DNA of 64,000 nucleotides from an uncultured bacterium (GTDB lineage Bacteria; Patescibacteriota; Minisyncoccia; UBA6257; 2-01-FULL-56-20): NCBI GenBank assembly GCA_963844965.1, contig CAWJQC010000007.1, positions 96,001 to 160,000 of the forward strand, read 5' to 3'. Shown piece by piece: positions 18,485 to 27,330 of this stretch (position 1 is its first letter; each line of letters starts with the position of its first letter). The notes under the pieces were generated by a model. It saw only the letters and a program-made list of their open reading frames with translations, ran no database searches and was not told where the DNA came from. The position numbers and the translations under genes were made by a program.

Positions 18485-18967
18485 ATGAACGAGGAAAAGA
18501 GGGGGAAATATTGGAAGTTCGCGGTCGGGCTCGTCGCGCTCGTTCTTTTGGCGTTAGGGGCTTTTGTCGCGGCGAGGTATTATGGGCGACTGGAAGAGCA
18601 GCGGGCGGCGAACGACGCCACACAGTCGCTCCAAAAAGAAATCGCGGACTACAACGCGCGTCTCGCCTTGGACACCTACGGCGGCAAAACGCCGCAGGAA
18701 ACGCTGCAGCTCTACGTTGACGCCGTGGAGAAAGGCAACTACGTCCTCGCGAGCAAGTATTTCATAGGGGACAATCAGGAGAAGGAATTAAGCAGTTTAC
18801 AGAACAGTCCGAAGGAAAACACACAAAATGTTTTGCGTCTGCTTAAAACCGATCTTCAATCCGAAGGAAGTTTTTCTGAGAATAAAGATACGTATGGTAT
18901 AGAGAAGCCGCTTTTTGTTGATTTCAGACTTTATCCCAACGGCATCTGGAAGATTATAGAAATTTAG
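18485..18967 (+). CDS. hypothetical membrane-anchored protein
   Basis: Likely start MNEEKRGKYWKFAVGLVALVLLALGAF (TM) at 18485. The ORF-track start at 18407 runs through the palindrome array. Confidence 0.45.
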   Translation: MNEEKRGKYWKFAVGLVALVLLALGAFVAARYYGRLEEQRAANDATQSLQKEIADYNARLALDTYGGKTPQETLQLYVDAVEKGNYVLASKYFIGDNQEKELSSLQNSPKENTQNVLRLLKTDLQSEGSFSENKDTYGIEKPLFVDFRLYPNGIWKIIEI

Positions 18968-19141
18968 TAGTTCTTGTGGCTCTTGCCTGCCGGCAGGCAG
19001 GCAATAGGGTTTGGCCAACAGTCGTCTGTCATCTATCTGTCCGTCACAGCATCGCTTGGCACTGGCTTGAAAAAATCCGCCGAGAAGCGGTTTTTATTGA
19101 CTGGAAAAATTCGCGAAAAAGTGGGACAATAAGACAAAACC

Positions 19142-20107
19142 ATGAAAAAGAAGGCGATAAAAAATGAAATTGTAATATATCAGGCCAAAAACGGAGCGAT
19201 AGAATTTCGTAAGGACTTGCGCGCAGAAACGATTTGGGCAACGCAGGCGCAGATCGTTAAACTTTTTGATATTGATCAGTCAGTAGCTTCGCGGCACATA
19301 AGCAATATCTTCAAGGACGGCGAGGTTGACAAAAAAAGCAATATGCAAAAAATGCATATTGCAAATTCGGACAAACCAGTTGTTCTTTATTCACTCGATA
19401 TGATTTTAGCAGTCGGATATAGGACGAACTCGGGACGGGCGATAACTTTCCGCCAGTGGGCAACCAAGACCTTGCGGGCGCATATTATAGATAGCTATAC
19501 CATCAACCGTGCTCGCATTGCCCAGAATTACGAAGTTTTTCTGAAAGCGGTGGAAGATGTAAAAAAACTTCTTCCAACGGGCGGAGCAGTGGATATTGTC
19601 AATGTATTGGAATTGATCAAGACATTCGCGAGTACCTGGGTATCGCTGGATGCCTACGACAAATCCGCTCTGCCAAAGAGCGGCGCTACAAAAAAACAGG
19701 TTAAACTGACGGCGCAGGATTTCTCGGCCGCGCTCCTTGAACTTAGGCGGGAATTAACGGCCAAAAAAGAAGCCAGTGAACTTTTCGCGGTTGAACACCA
19801 GAAAGGAAACGTGACCGGTATAGTCGGCAACGTACTCCAATCCTTCGGCGGCAAAGACCTCTATCCAAGTGTTGAAGAAAAAGCGGCCCACCTTTTGTAT
19901 TTTATGGTTAAGAATCATCCGTTCACTGACGGCAACAAACGAGCAGGCGCATTTTCGTTCGTATGGTTTTTGAGAAAAGCCGGATTGCTGAATACCGCGC
20001 GCCTTACTCCCGAAGCCTTGACGGCGCTCACTCTGCTCGTTGCGGAAAGCAGTCCGAAAGACAAAGAGCGGGTAGTCGGATTGGCTCTTCTGCTTTTAAA
20101 AAAGTAG
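19142..20107 (+). CDS. RhuM-family protein with C-terminal Fic/Doc (Doc-type HPFxDGNKR) domain
   Basis: N-terminal RhuM-like block (IVIYQAKNGAIEFR...TQAQIVKLFDID...SRHISNIF). C-terminal HPFTDGNKRAGAF matches the Doc toxin motif. Confidence 0.7.
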   Translation: MKKKAIKNEIVIYQAKNGAIEFRKDLRAETIWATQAQIVKLFDIDQSVASRHISNIFKDGEVDKKSNMQKMHIANSDKPVVLYSLDMILAVGYRTNSGRAITFRQWATKTLRAHIIDSYTINRARIAQNYEVFLKAVEDVKKLLPTGGAVDIVNVLELIKTFASTWVSLDAYDKSALPKSGATKKQVKLTAQDFSAALLELRRELTAKKEASELFAVEHQKGNVTGIVGNVLQSFGGKDLYPSVEEKAAHLLYFMVKNHPFTDGNKRAGAFSFVWFLRKAGLLNTARLTPEALTALTLLVAESSPKDKERVVGLALLLLKK

Positions 20108-20375
20108 TTGCGACGAACCATCGAACAGTCCCACCCGTGCTCATCGGGGTTTAGTATTGGGGTGCGAAGCAGGGTGGTGAATGCGGCCTTTTTATATCCG
20201 GAGGATACCGCGTTCTACTGCTCTGGCCCGGCTAGGTTAATTGCCCCGACCTTGCGTCGGGGCTACTACCCATGAGCCCCATGGTGAAATTGCGACCAAA
20301 AATCGTGGCCGTAGGCCTTCGCAATTTCTACTATCGGGGCTGGAAAAATTCGCGAAAAAGTGGGAGAATGGGGAT

Positions 20376-21062
20376 ATGTCACAAGAGCAAATTAGGAAAA
20401 AAAATGGAGGCGCGGCAATCAAGGCTTTAGTCTCGGCAGGAGAAGAGATTTTGTCTAATTTGCAGCGAGTTATTGCTGTTGGCGGTTTCGATTATCGCAC
20501 TTTTGGTACGGCCATCGAGAAACACCTTAGCAATATTATTGTCAAAATTTTTAAAGAGAGAGGTTTTATTAGAAATAATCGGGATTACATTGTTGCACCA
20601 CATAAAAATTATTTTCCTGATTTTGAGTTAAAAACTGCGCCGCCCATTGCGATAGAGTTTAAATCCGGCAATAAAAGTCAGAACAGAAAGGGCAAATGGG
20701 TTACCGTTAAAAACAGCGAGAACGATATGGGCACGTTGAACGAGTGGCCCAAAAAGATTAAAAGATTTGGGGGAGAAAATATATACTATGTTTTTGTAAT
20801 CTATAATTTTAATAAAAAAACGAAACAGATCTTGAGTATAGAAATAGCCCCATTTTATAAATTTTTAGGACTTAGCAAGGGAAGCGTTCTTAAATATAGA
20901 GAAAAAGACGGAAATTTGCGGCCAAAAAATTTCGACGCCGAACCGCCGATAAAAAACCTGAGTCAGTTTGAGCAGTTATTTAATAAAACTATAATTTACA
21001 GATCAAAACGAATAATCAAAAAACACAAGCTAATTATTAAAAAAGCATCCTCGGGTTCTTGA
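20376..21062 (+). CDS. putative Type II restriction endonuclease (PD-(D/E)xK candidate), cognate to the convergent methyltransferase
   Basis: YFPDFELK ... IAIEFKSG gives a PD..ExK arrangement. AT-rich. Convergent with the MTase and overlapping its 3' end by 26 nt. Start at 20376 has GGAG-like RBS; the upstream ORF extension runs through hairpin-rich DNA and is implausible. Confidence 0.45.
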   Translation: MSQEQIRKKNGGAAIKALVSAGEEILSNLQRVIAVGGFDYRTFGTAIEKHLSNIIVKIFKERGFIRNNRDYIVAPHKNYFPDFELKTAPPIAIEFKSGNKSQNRKGKWVTVKNSENDMGTLNEWPKKIKRFGGENIYYVFVIYNFNKKTKQILSIEIAPFYKFLGLSKGSVLKYREKDGNLRPKNFDAEPPIKNLSQFEQLFNKTIIYRSKRIIKKHKLIIKKASSGS

Positions 21063-22617
21063 CGTTCACAGGGCTAGCTTTTTTATTAATTTGTTTTCTG
21101 GCAATAGCGAATGCGGGGTTATCTATCGGATAGATTCCTTCATCTTCGGATATCGTTAAATTTCTCAGATATTTTGATGCAACTTCTGGGGTATCGCCAT
21201 TGTATTTATAGCCGTTACTTGATCTATAATTAACTTTTTTGAGCTTGTCCGCAACAATTTTTTTATATTTTGGATCTATGTCAATACCGATATAGTTTCG
21301 GCCGAGTCGCTTTGCGGCCAATGCGGTTGTTCCTGCCCCAACGAAAGGATCTAGTACCACGTCGCCCTCGTCCGTCGTCATCAGAATCAAGCGTTCAAGT
21401 AGCGGCTCCGGAAGTTGGCACGGATGGGCGTCTCTGCGCGCATTATGTCTTATGCGGTGAATATCGGCCCAAACATCGCTTAGAAGTGTTCCGTGCGGGT
21501 GTATCTGACTTTTCTTTCCTCCGTAATCTTTGATCATTTTGCCACAACTCCGGCATTTCTTATGTGGCGCCCTAAGTTCGTGGAATTTAAATCCTTTGGG
21601 AAGTTTTGTATAGAATAGTATTCCGTAGTGTGCGGGTAATAAGGTTTTGCCTAAAGGCGTACTCATTGAATCCCACGCGATCCAGTGTTTAAAGACCGCA
21701 ATCTTATTGAGATGATTAGCATAATAAATTAACCACTTTGGTATATTGTGGACCAAAATAGAGCCCGTTGGTTTAGTTATTCTAACCATCTCGGTTAGCC
21801 ATTGCTCACACCACTTTATATAATCTTCCGCCGCTTTTTTGTCTTTATAGCTGCCGTATTTCTTATTTAGGTTAAATGGAGGGTCCGCGAAGGTCATATC
21901 AATTGAGTCGGCGGGAAGTTTTCTCATTTCCTCAATCGAATCTCCGCATAAAATTTCGTTGAGCGGTATCTTTTTGTATTGCTTATATTCTGTTTTTGTT
22001 TCCGGAAAGGTGACAGTAGAGGGAGTTTCTTCGCTGATAACATCGAGTACTATTCCTTGTATGGAAATATCCCGGCCATTTCGAAAGATTAGAGGCTCCA
22101 TGTTTTTGTTCGCCGGTTGTAAACGGATTCGGCCCCGTTCTTTATAGAATTTTTTAAGCGTTGCTTCGTGATTATCTATAAGTGCCACCACCTTTTGTCC
22201 ATTTTCGGCAACGCCCTGTTGTTTAACCAAGACGAGATCGCCATTGTTTATATTTTCGTCAACCATACTGTTTCCGACCACGCGTAGAGCGAAGAATTCT
22301 CCGGAGCGGGGAAGTTTGCTTTGCGGAACGGCAATGGTTTCTTTTTCCTCAACAGCTTCAATCGGCTGGCCGGCAGCTATGATGCCTAACAGGGGGATGC
22401 TAACCATTTTTTCCGATTCAGAAATTTGAATGCCGCGTCGCTTGTTCTCTTCTATTCGCAGGTGGCCGCCTTCCTGGAGCTTCTGAAGGTGTTCATGAAT
22501 GGTTCCGACTGCTCGCTTAAAATGTTTAGCTGTCTCCGGGATAGAAGGAGAGTAGCCATGTTTTTTTGAGTACGTTTTAAAAAAATCCAGAACCTCCTTT
22601 TGTTTTTTAGTGATCAT
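21037..22617 (-). CDS. LexA repressor (HTH + S24 peptidase) fused in frame to a beta-class N6A/N4C DNA methyltransferase
   Basis: Residues 1-205 align along full-length LexA: ITKKQKEVLDFF, HTH, Ala-Gly site in IPLLGIIAAGQP, nucleophile in VVGNSMVD, Lys in ATLKKF, C-terminal IQGIVLDVI. After a linker comes an MTase with motif IV MTFADPPFNL and motif I-II VVLDPFVGAGTTALAAKRLGRNYIGIDID. No stop or internal RBS between the two parts. Confidence 0.8.
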   Translation of the reverse strand: MITKKQKEVLDFFKTYSKKHGYSPSIPETAKHFKRAVGTIHEHLQKLQEGGHLRIEENKRRGIQISESEKMVSIPLLGIIAAGQPIEAVEEKETIAVPQSKLPRSGEFFALRVVGNSMVDENINNGDLVLVKQQGVAENGQKVVALIDNHEATLKKFYKERGRIRLQPANKNMEPLIFRNGRDISIQGIVLDVISEETPSTVTFPETKTEYKQYKKIPLNEILCGDSIEEMRKLPADSIDMTFADPPFNLNKKYGSYKDKKAAEDYIKWCEQWLTEMVRITKPTGSILVHNIPKWLIYYANHLNKIAVFKHWIAWDSMSTPLGKTLLPAHYGILFYTKLPKGFKFHELRAPHKKCRSCGKMIKDYGGKKSQIHPHGTLLSDVWADIHRIRHNARRDAHPCQLPEPLLERLILMTTDEGDVVLDPFVGAGTTALAAKRLGRNYIGIDIDPKYKKIVADKLKKVNYRSSNGYKYNGDTPEVASKYLRNLTISEDEGIYPIDNPAFAIARKQINKKASPVNVKNPRMLF

Positions 22618-22891
22618 ATTTCCATTATATCATACCGACCCGAAAGAAAACCGAAAGTTATCCACAGGTTGGTTTTCGTTGATACGCGCGCTTGACGCCG
22701 CTCGTGTCGTTTGCTACCTTGTAGCGAATAGTAAATAGCCCATAACTCAATAACGAGTTCTGCCGCACTGGAGTAGCTTGCGGCGGAACATTTAATATAT
22801 GCGAATAGCAAATAAGCTATCCGCGCACCAATCCCGCCTGGCGGGATGGTGCGGGATTTCGCTCCGCGGATCTACTCATTTGATAAAGCAA

Positions 22892-25800
22892 ATGCGCGTT
22901 GGAAGCCGCGGAGCTCAACTTTTTGTTGTGTTGATTTTCTGTTTTGTTTTCCTGCCGTATCCCGGTGTCGTTTCGGCTTACGATAATTTGACGACACATC
23001 CGGCGCTCACGCAGGAGGTTGTTGATTTCTACAACAACGGCGGAAATTCCATAACGGCGGAGGAAAAAGAATGGATTATACAAGGGAGCGTTGAGGAAGA
23101 CACGCCGCCGAGGTGGCTGAACCATTTTTACGACCCGATAAGCGGGCAGGGTTGGACCGGCGAAAACACGGGAGAGTTGCCGTCAAGCTTTGTCTTGGAA
23201 TTTTCCGACCTATTTCTCGCGCCGGCAGACCCCGTCTCCGCCGTGCATTGGGTGAATGACGAGCTCACGCAATTGGAATACGGCCGCTATGGCGGCGACT
23301 GGACATGGAAACGCGGGCTCAGATATTTTGCCGACGGCGACAAGAAAGACGCCTATATTGCTTTGGGCCACACCCTGCATCTTTTGGAAGATATGGCCGT
23401 GCCGGAGCACACGAGGAACGATACGCACGTTGACCTGGGCGGCGTGGCGGGCGAATACGGTTCGCCGTACGAGGAATACGCGACCAAGTGGACGCGTACG
23501 ACGATTGGCGATTTGCACATTGTGGACGCGCTTCGCGCCGAGAACGCGACACCGCCCGCGAAAACATCAATTGAGGATTATTTGATTTCCGTCGCGCAAT
23601 ATTCCAATAAATATTTTTTCTCCAAGGATACGATTAACTCGGCGAAGTATTCTCTGCCGAAAATCGTCCGAGATGACGGGAATTTCGGATATGGAATTGA
23701 TGAAAATGAAACAGAGTTTCCGTTGGTAAAAGTTCATCAAACGAAAGATGCGAACAACAATATCCTTACGGGATATTCTATTGAGAACCTTCAAGATTAT
23801 CACCCTGTCCTTGATGCCTACTTTTCTCATCTCGCCCGGCAGGCGGTTCTGAACGGAGCGGGCGCGATAGCTTTATTCCAAAAGCAGGCGCAGGACGCCG
23901 TCGTCAACAAAGATTTCCAGTTCCAGACGGTGAACGAGGACGTGGTGAAGCCCGTCGTCTCCGGATTCTCTCTTTATGGTGAATTTGTGCAGGCGGCGAA
24001 TACGGTTGGAAGTTTCATCGGCAACGCTTTCTCCACGGTCGGCGGCTGGTTCGGCAGCGGCGGCGCGTTGATTGCCGACGCGTTCGGGACGATTACCGGC
24101 CCGAACGAGATAACGATTGTCCCTGAATTAACGACGTCGGACATCGTTAATTCGGGGAATAATGCAACATCAGGACATCCGACGTCCGAGAATTGCGTTA
24201 ATGTTGGGGACGTCGGATGTCCAAGCATTGGCGCGACAAATTCTACACAACATTCCAACATTCTTGAGAATGTTGGAATGTTGTCGTCCACCGTTGTCGG
24301 AGATGTTCCGGCTCAATCGTCGTCGCAGGAAGAACTCGCGGCCGCGCTTGGCAGGTTGGTTGAATTACTGCGGGGTCGGTTTGCGGCGAGTGTCGCGCCG
24401 ACATCCACCCAAATTGCGCCGGTTGCCGGCGGCGGTTCGGCGCTGCTTACCGCAAGCGGCGGCGGAAATTCTCCGGGCGGCGTGAGCATCGTGCTCGCGG
24501 ACGCGGGAGGAGCGTCAACGGCCGGATCGCAAACGGATTCAACGAGTTCCTCGCAGACGGATTCCACAAATTCCGCGAGTTCAACCGATTCACAGCAAGC
24601 CGGTTCCGGGCAGGCCTCCTCAACCGATTCGGGTCAAGCAACTTCAACCGATTCCTCCCAGCAAAATTCCAGCTCGGGAGAGACCACTTCCACCGGTTCA
24701 GGGATTGCCGTTTTGCTGGCCGACGTTCCCTCATCCATGTTTGCCCAGCGCGTTGATTCCACGGTATCAATTGGAAGCGATTACTCCGACAGCTGGTACG
24801 AGTTGGGAACTGGATTTTCCGGAACAATACACTCGCTCACGTTCTACGGATACGCCGATATCATCAGGCCGGATTTCGCCTCGCACATTTGGCTTGATGA
24901 GTTTAACGACCCGGGTTACGCAAGTTCCAGCAACCACTGGGTGATTTCCGATAACGCGCCGTTCGGCACGAGCGCCGGTTATGTCACGATTGGCGGCTTG
25001 AACATCACACTCTCGCCCGATAAATATTATCGCCTGGACACCTATCAGAGCGAGCAGAACAGAAATGTTTATCTCCTGGGCACGAGTTCCACGGGCACGG
25101 CGATGCGCAACTGGTTTTCCTATGGCACGGGGCGCGTGGAAGAACTTTATACTTTTTATCCGTACATCGTGGCGGATAAGCCGGTTCTAAATATTTCTTC
25201 ACTCGCGCAATATCAGCCGGACGGAACGACGGCGATCGGCGAAGGAGACGAGATAAGCGGGGACGCGGTTGCTCTCGGCGCGGTGCCGCAGTCATCGCCG
25301 GAGGGTCACCTGCAGCTGGAGGCACAAATGTTCACGACCGTGTCGCAGGGCGCGTGGTTCTCAAATCCTGTCGTTGACGCAGCCGGTTCTTTTGTTGCGT
25401 CCGGCGGCACGGCGACAGTTGCCGTAAAATTGCCGCGGAACGGATTTTACCATTGGCGCGCGAGGGCCGTGAATATTTGGGGCGACACTTCGGATTGGCT
25501 GGAGTTCGGAACACCGGGCAACACGGACTTCACGGCGCTTCACGTTTATCCAACACCGCCTCCGAGCCAGACGGTTTTTGATGCTTCTACAACATTGCCG
25601 ATGTCCGTCGGCTGCGAGAACGTGACAGGGGACGGGAGCGTGATAAGCAACGTCCGGGTTAAATACAAAACTGCAGATGCCGGCAACAATCCGCGTTTCA
25701 TAATAGAGACACCTCTTTATCCCGATGATTACAATAATTGCACGGGCAAGGATTCGCCGGCTTCCGCCGGCGCGGATAATCTCTACGACAGCGACTGGCA

Positions 25801-25990
25801 CGACATCAATTTCACTTTTCCGTCCACCACGCTTGAACTGGGAAAGCGTTATTTGTACCTTTTCATGTGCACGAACACTGGCTGTTATTTCGGCGGTTCC
25901 GCGTCCGATACTTATTCCGGCGGTAATTGGCTTTCCGGAAGCGGCATTGAGGACGCTTACTTCACGAGCGACGGCGTTGTCCAACAGTAG
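22892..25990 (+). CDS. large secreted protein with N-terminal zinc-dependent phospholipase C-like domain, S/T/Q-rich linker and C-terminal beta-rich region
   Basis: Signal peptide begins at 22892 (MRVGSRGAQLFVVLIFCFVFLPYPGVVSA). NHFYDPISGQGW and ALGHTLHLLEDMAVPEHTRND match the Bacillus cereus PLC zinc-ligand blocks (HFYDPDNG and LHYLGDVNQPMH). Low-complexity TDS/SSQ repeats mid-protein. Confidence 0.65.
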   Translation: MRVGSRGAQLFVVLIFCFVFLPYPGVVSAYDNLTTHPALTQEVVDFYNNGGNSITAEEKEWIIQGSVEEDTPPRWLNHFYDPISGQGWTGENTGELPSSFVLEFSDLFLAPADPVSAVHWVNDELTQLEYGRYGGDWTWKRGLRYFADGDKKDAYIALGHTLHLLEDMAVPEHTRNDTHVDLGGVAGEYGSPYEEYATKWTRTTIGDLHIVDALRAENATPPAKTSIEDYLISVAQYSNKYFFSKDTINSAKYSLPKIVRDDGNFGYGIDENETEFPLVKVHQTKDANNNILTGYSIENLQDYHPVLDAYFSHLARQAVLNGAGAIALFQKQAQDAVVNKDFQFQTVNEDVVKPVVSGFSLYGEFVQAANTVGSFIGNAFSTVGGWFGSGGALIADAFGTITGPNEITIVPELTTSDIVNSGNNATSGHPTSENCVNVGDVGCPSIGATNSTQHSNILENVGMLSSTVVGDVPAQSSSQEELAAALGRLVELLRGRFAASVAPTSTQIAPVAGGGSALLTASGGGNSPGGVSIVLADAGGASTAGSQTDSTSSSQTDSTNSASSTDSQQAGSGQASSTDSGQATSTDSSQQNSSSGETTSTGSGIAVLLADVPSSMFAQRVDSTVSIGSDYSDSWYELGTGFSGTIHSLTFYGYADIIRPDFASHIWLDEFNDPGYASSSNHWVISDNAPFGTSAGYVTIGGLNITLSPDKYYRLDTYQSEQNRNVYLLGTSSTGTAMRNWFSYGTGRVEELYTFYPYIVADKPVLNISSLAQYQPDGTTAIGEGDEISGDAVALGAVPQSSPEGHLQLEAQMFTTVSQGAWFSNPVVDAAGSFVASGGTATVAVKLPRNGFYHWRARAVNIWGDTSDWLEFGTPGNTDFTALHVYPTPPPSQTVFDASTTLPMSVGCENVTGDGSVISNVRVKYKTADAGNNPRFIIETPLYPDDYNNCTGKDSPASAGADNLYDSDWHDINFTFPSTTLELGKRYLYLFMCTNTGCYFGGSASDTYSGGNWLSGSGIEDAYFTSDGVVQQ

Positions 25991-26053
25991 GTTCATAATG
26001 TTCCAAACAAACGGTGTCCCGCGGGCACGAATTTTGGGGAACAGGCAAAGCGC

Positions 26054-26081
26054 TTGACGTTTTAATGGTTTTATGTATAAT
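26054..26081 (+). promoter_or_regulatory. sigma70-like promoter upstream of dksA/traR-like gene
   Basis: TTGACG - 16 nt - TATAAT, preceded by TG. Confidence 0.35.
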
Positions 26082-26149
26082 GGGCAGTAGTACGACAGTT
26101 GTGAAGTAAGTAATCTTGCAAGCAATCTTCAGGTATAAGGAGGAAAAGG

Positions 26150-26533
26150 ATGACAGAAAGAGCGGATGTTAACGTTGTTAGAAAACGTTTGTTGGCCTTA
26201 TTGCCCAGGGTTAGCGCAGAGGTGGAAACTTTGCGCGAAACCGAGAAACTGAACTTGCTTGGATTTTTGGGTGATGACGCGCGGCTGGTTGTGGTCCAAG
26301 AGGAAACGACCGTGGCCGTTATCGGTGTGAAGGAAAATATAAGGCAAAACATCCTTTACGCCCTGCGGCGTCTCCGCGAAGGCCATTACCATTACGGGCA
26401 GTGCGAAGATTGCGGCGCCGAAATTCCGCAGGTGCCGCGCCTGGAAAGCGTTCCTTGGGCAACCCGTTGTGTGAGTTGCCAGGAATATTTTGAAACGTTC
26501 GGCGAACCACGAGTGCTTGCCCGGGCTGCGTAG
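26150..26533 (+). CDS. DksA/TraR-family C4 zinc-finger regulator
   Basis: RBS AGGAGGAAAAGG. C-terminal CEDCGAEIP ... CVSCQ four-Cys finger. Confidence 0.65.
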   Translation: MTERADVNVVRKRLLALLPRVSAEVETLRETEKLNLLGFLGDDARLVVVQEETTVAVIGVKENIRQNILYALRRLREGHYHYGQCEDCGAEIPQVPRLESVPWATRCVSCQEYFETFGEPRVLARAA

Positions 26534-26561
26534 GGCGCGGCAATCGCGGACGTATCCTTGT

Positions 26562-26593
26562 GAGGCCTTTTTGTGCAAGGCCTCTTTTGTTTT
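26562..26593 (+). terminator. intrinsic terminator
   Basis: gaggcc ... ggcctc stem followed by TTTTGTTTT. Confidence 0.4.
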
Positions 26594-26670
26594 CGGGAAA
26601 TAAAAATCCGAGCTTCTGGCTCGGTTTTTTGGTCTTAGTAATTGCTGTGTTGGAATTGCGGTTCGTGCTC

Positions 26671-27189
26671 TCAGCTCAGGCCTTTCGGAATTTTGTTCGT
26701 GTCAATGTTTCGTAAGAACTCCAATGCTTGCGCGTCGCTCATCCGCTCCGTTTTGTGCTCGCTTTGAAGACCCTGCTTCATTTTTTCAAGGACGCTTTCT
26801 TCTATATAGATAGGGCGAGTTGCGAGTACCGCTAAAACTATGGCTTCGTCAGGTGACGAATCAATTTTTATCACTTCGTTGCCGCGTTCTATGAATATCA
26901 GCGCTTGGAAGGCGTCACCTTGGCAATCGCTCACAACTACTTTCTGAACATGTCCGCCGAGCGCGTCAATGCAGTTGCTCAACGTCGCGTACACTTTGGA
27001 GCGCGGCGTCGGTATATTATCTCCGGCTCCCTTTGCCGCTAATATTGAAAGTACGGCTTCGGAGTCAATATTAAGACAGTAAAGGTCGGCTGGACCAGTT
27101 ATCTTCTGGCCTGACCTATGGAAGAATACCATTGATATCGGCAATTGTTCGGCCGCTATCACGCTTAAGACCTTAACCTCAACTTCCAT
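26671..27189 (-). CDS. bifunctional nuclease (BFN/DUF151) family protein
   Basis: MEVEVKV ... conserved BFN N-terminal strand and ALGGHV / VIKIDSSPDEAIVLAV blocks. Confidence 0.55.
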   Translation of the reverse strand: MEVEVKVLSVIAAEQLPISMVFFHRSGQKITGPADLYCLNIDSEAVLSILAAKGAGDNIPTPRSKVYATLSNCIDALGGHVQKVVVSDCQGDAFQALIFIERGNEVIKIDSSPDEAIVLAVLATRPIYIEESVLEKMKQGLQSEHKTERMSDAQALEFLRNIDTNKIPKGLS

Positions 27190-27283
27190 CGTTTATCTCC
27201 TTTTGTCGTTGTCGGACAACTGTCAGTATAATAGCTGTTCTTCAATTCAAGTCAAGTGTGAGGGGCGCGGTCTGCGCGGAAAC

Positions 27284-27316
27284 AAAAAGCCCCGCTCCGA
27301 CCGTGGTCGGAGCGGG
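27284..27316 (-). terminator. intrinsic terminator for the minus-strand gene ending at 27331
   Basis: Perfect 11-bp stem cccgctccgac/gtcggagcggg with 4-nt loop. T-run on the minus strand. Confidence 0.6.
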
Positions 27317-27330
27317 ATAGCCAAAGGATG

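Noticed and set aside
20245-20335. A second IS200-derived element (MITE) upstream of the endonuclease gene, suggested by hairpin similarity to the IS ends
   Set aside because: Similarity is limited to short GC hairpins with TTA/GTA loops. No terminal boundaries could be defined by eye.
20241-20375. ORF-track start at 20241 for the endonuclease candidate
   Set aside because: The upstream extension (MPRPCVGATTHEPHGEIATKNRG...) runs through GC hairpins and the shared 26-bp leader. The ATG at 20376 follows the RBS-like end of that leader.
22618-22800. Canonical LexA/SOS box upstream of the LexA-MTase gene
   Set aside because: Scanned by eye for CTGT-N8-ACAG and GAAC-N4-GTTC. None present. Only CTTTCGG direct repeats and an AACC-N14-GGTT weak dyad were found, so no operator is claimed.
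22799-22891. Start of the PLC-domain protein at 22799
   Set aside because: The N-terminal 31 aa lack signal-peptide character. The Met at 22892 begins a canonical signal peptide.
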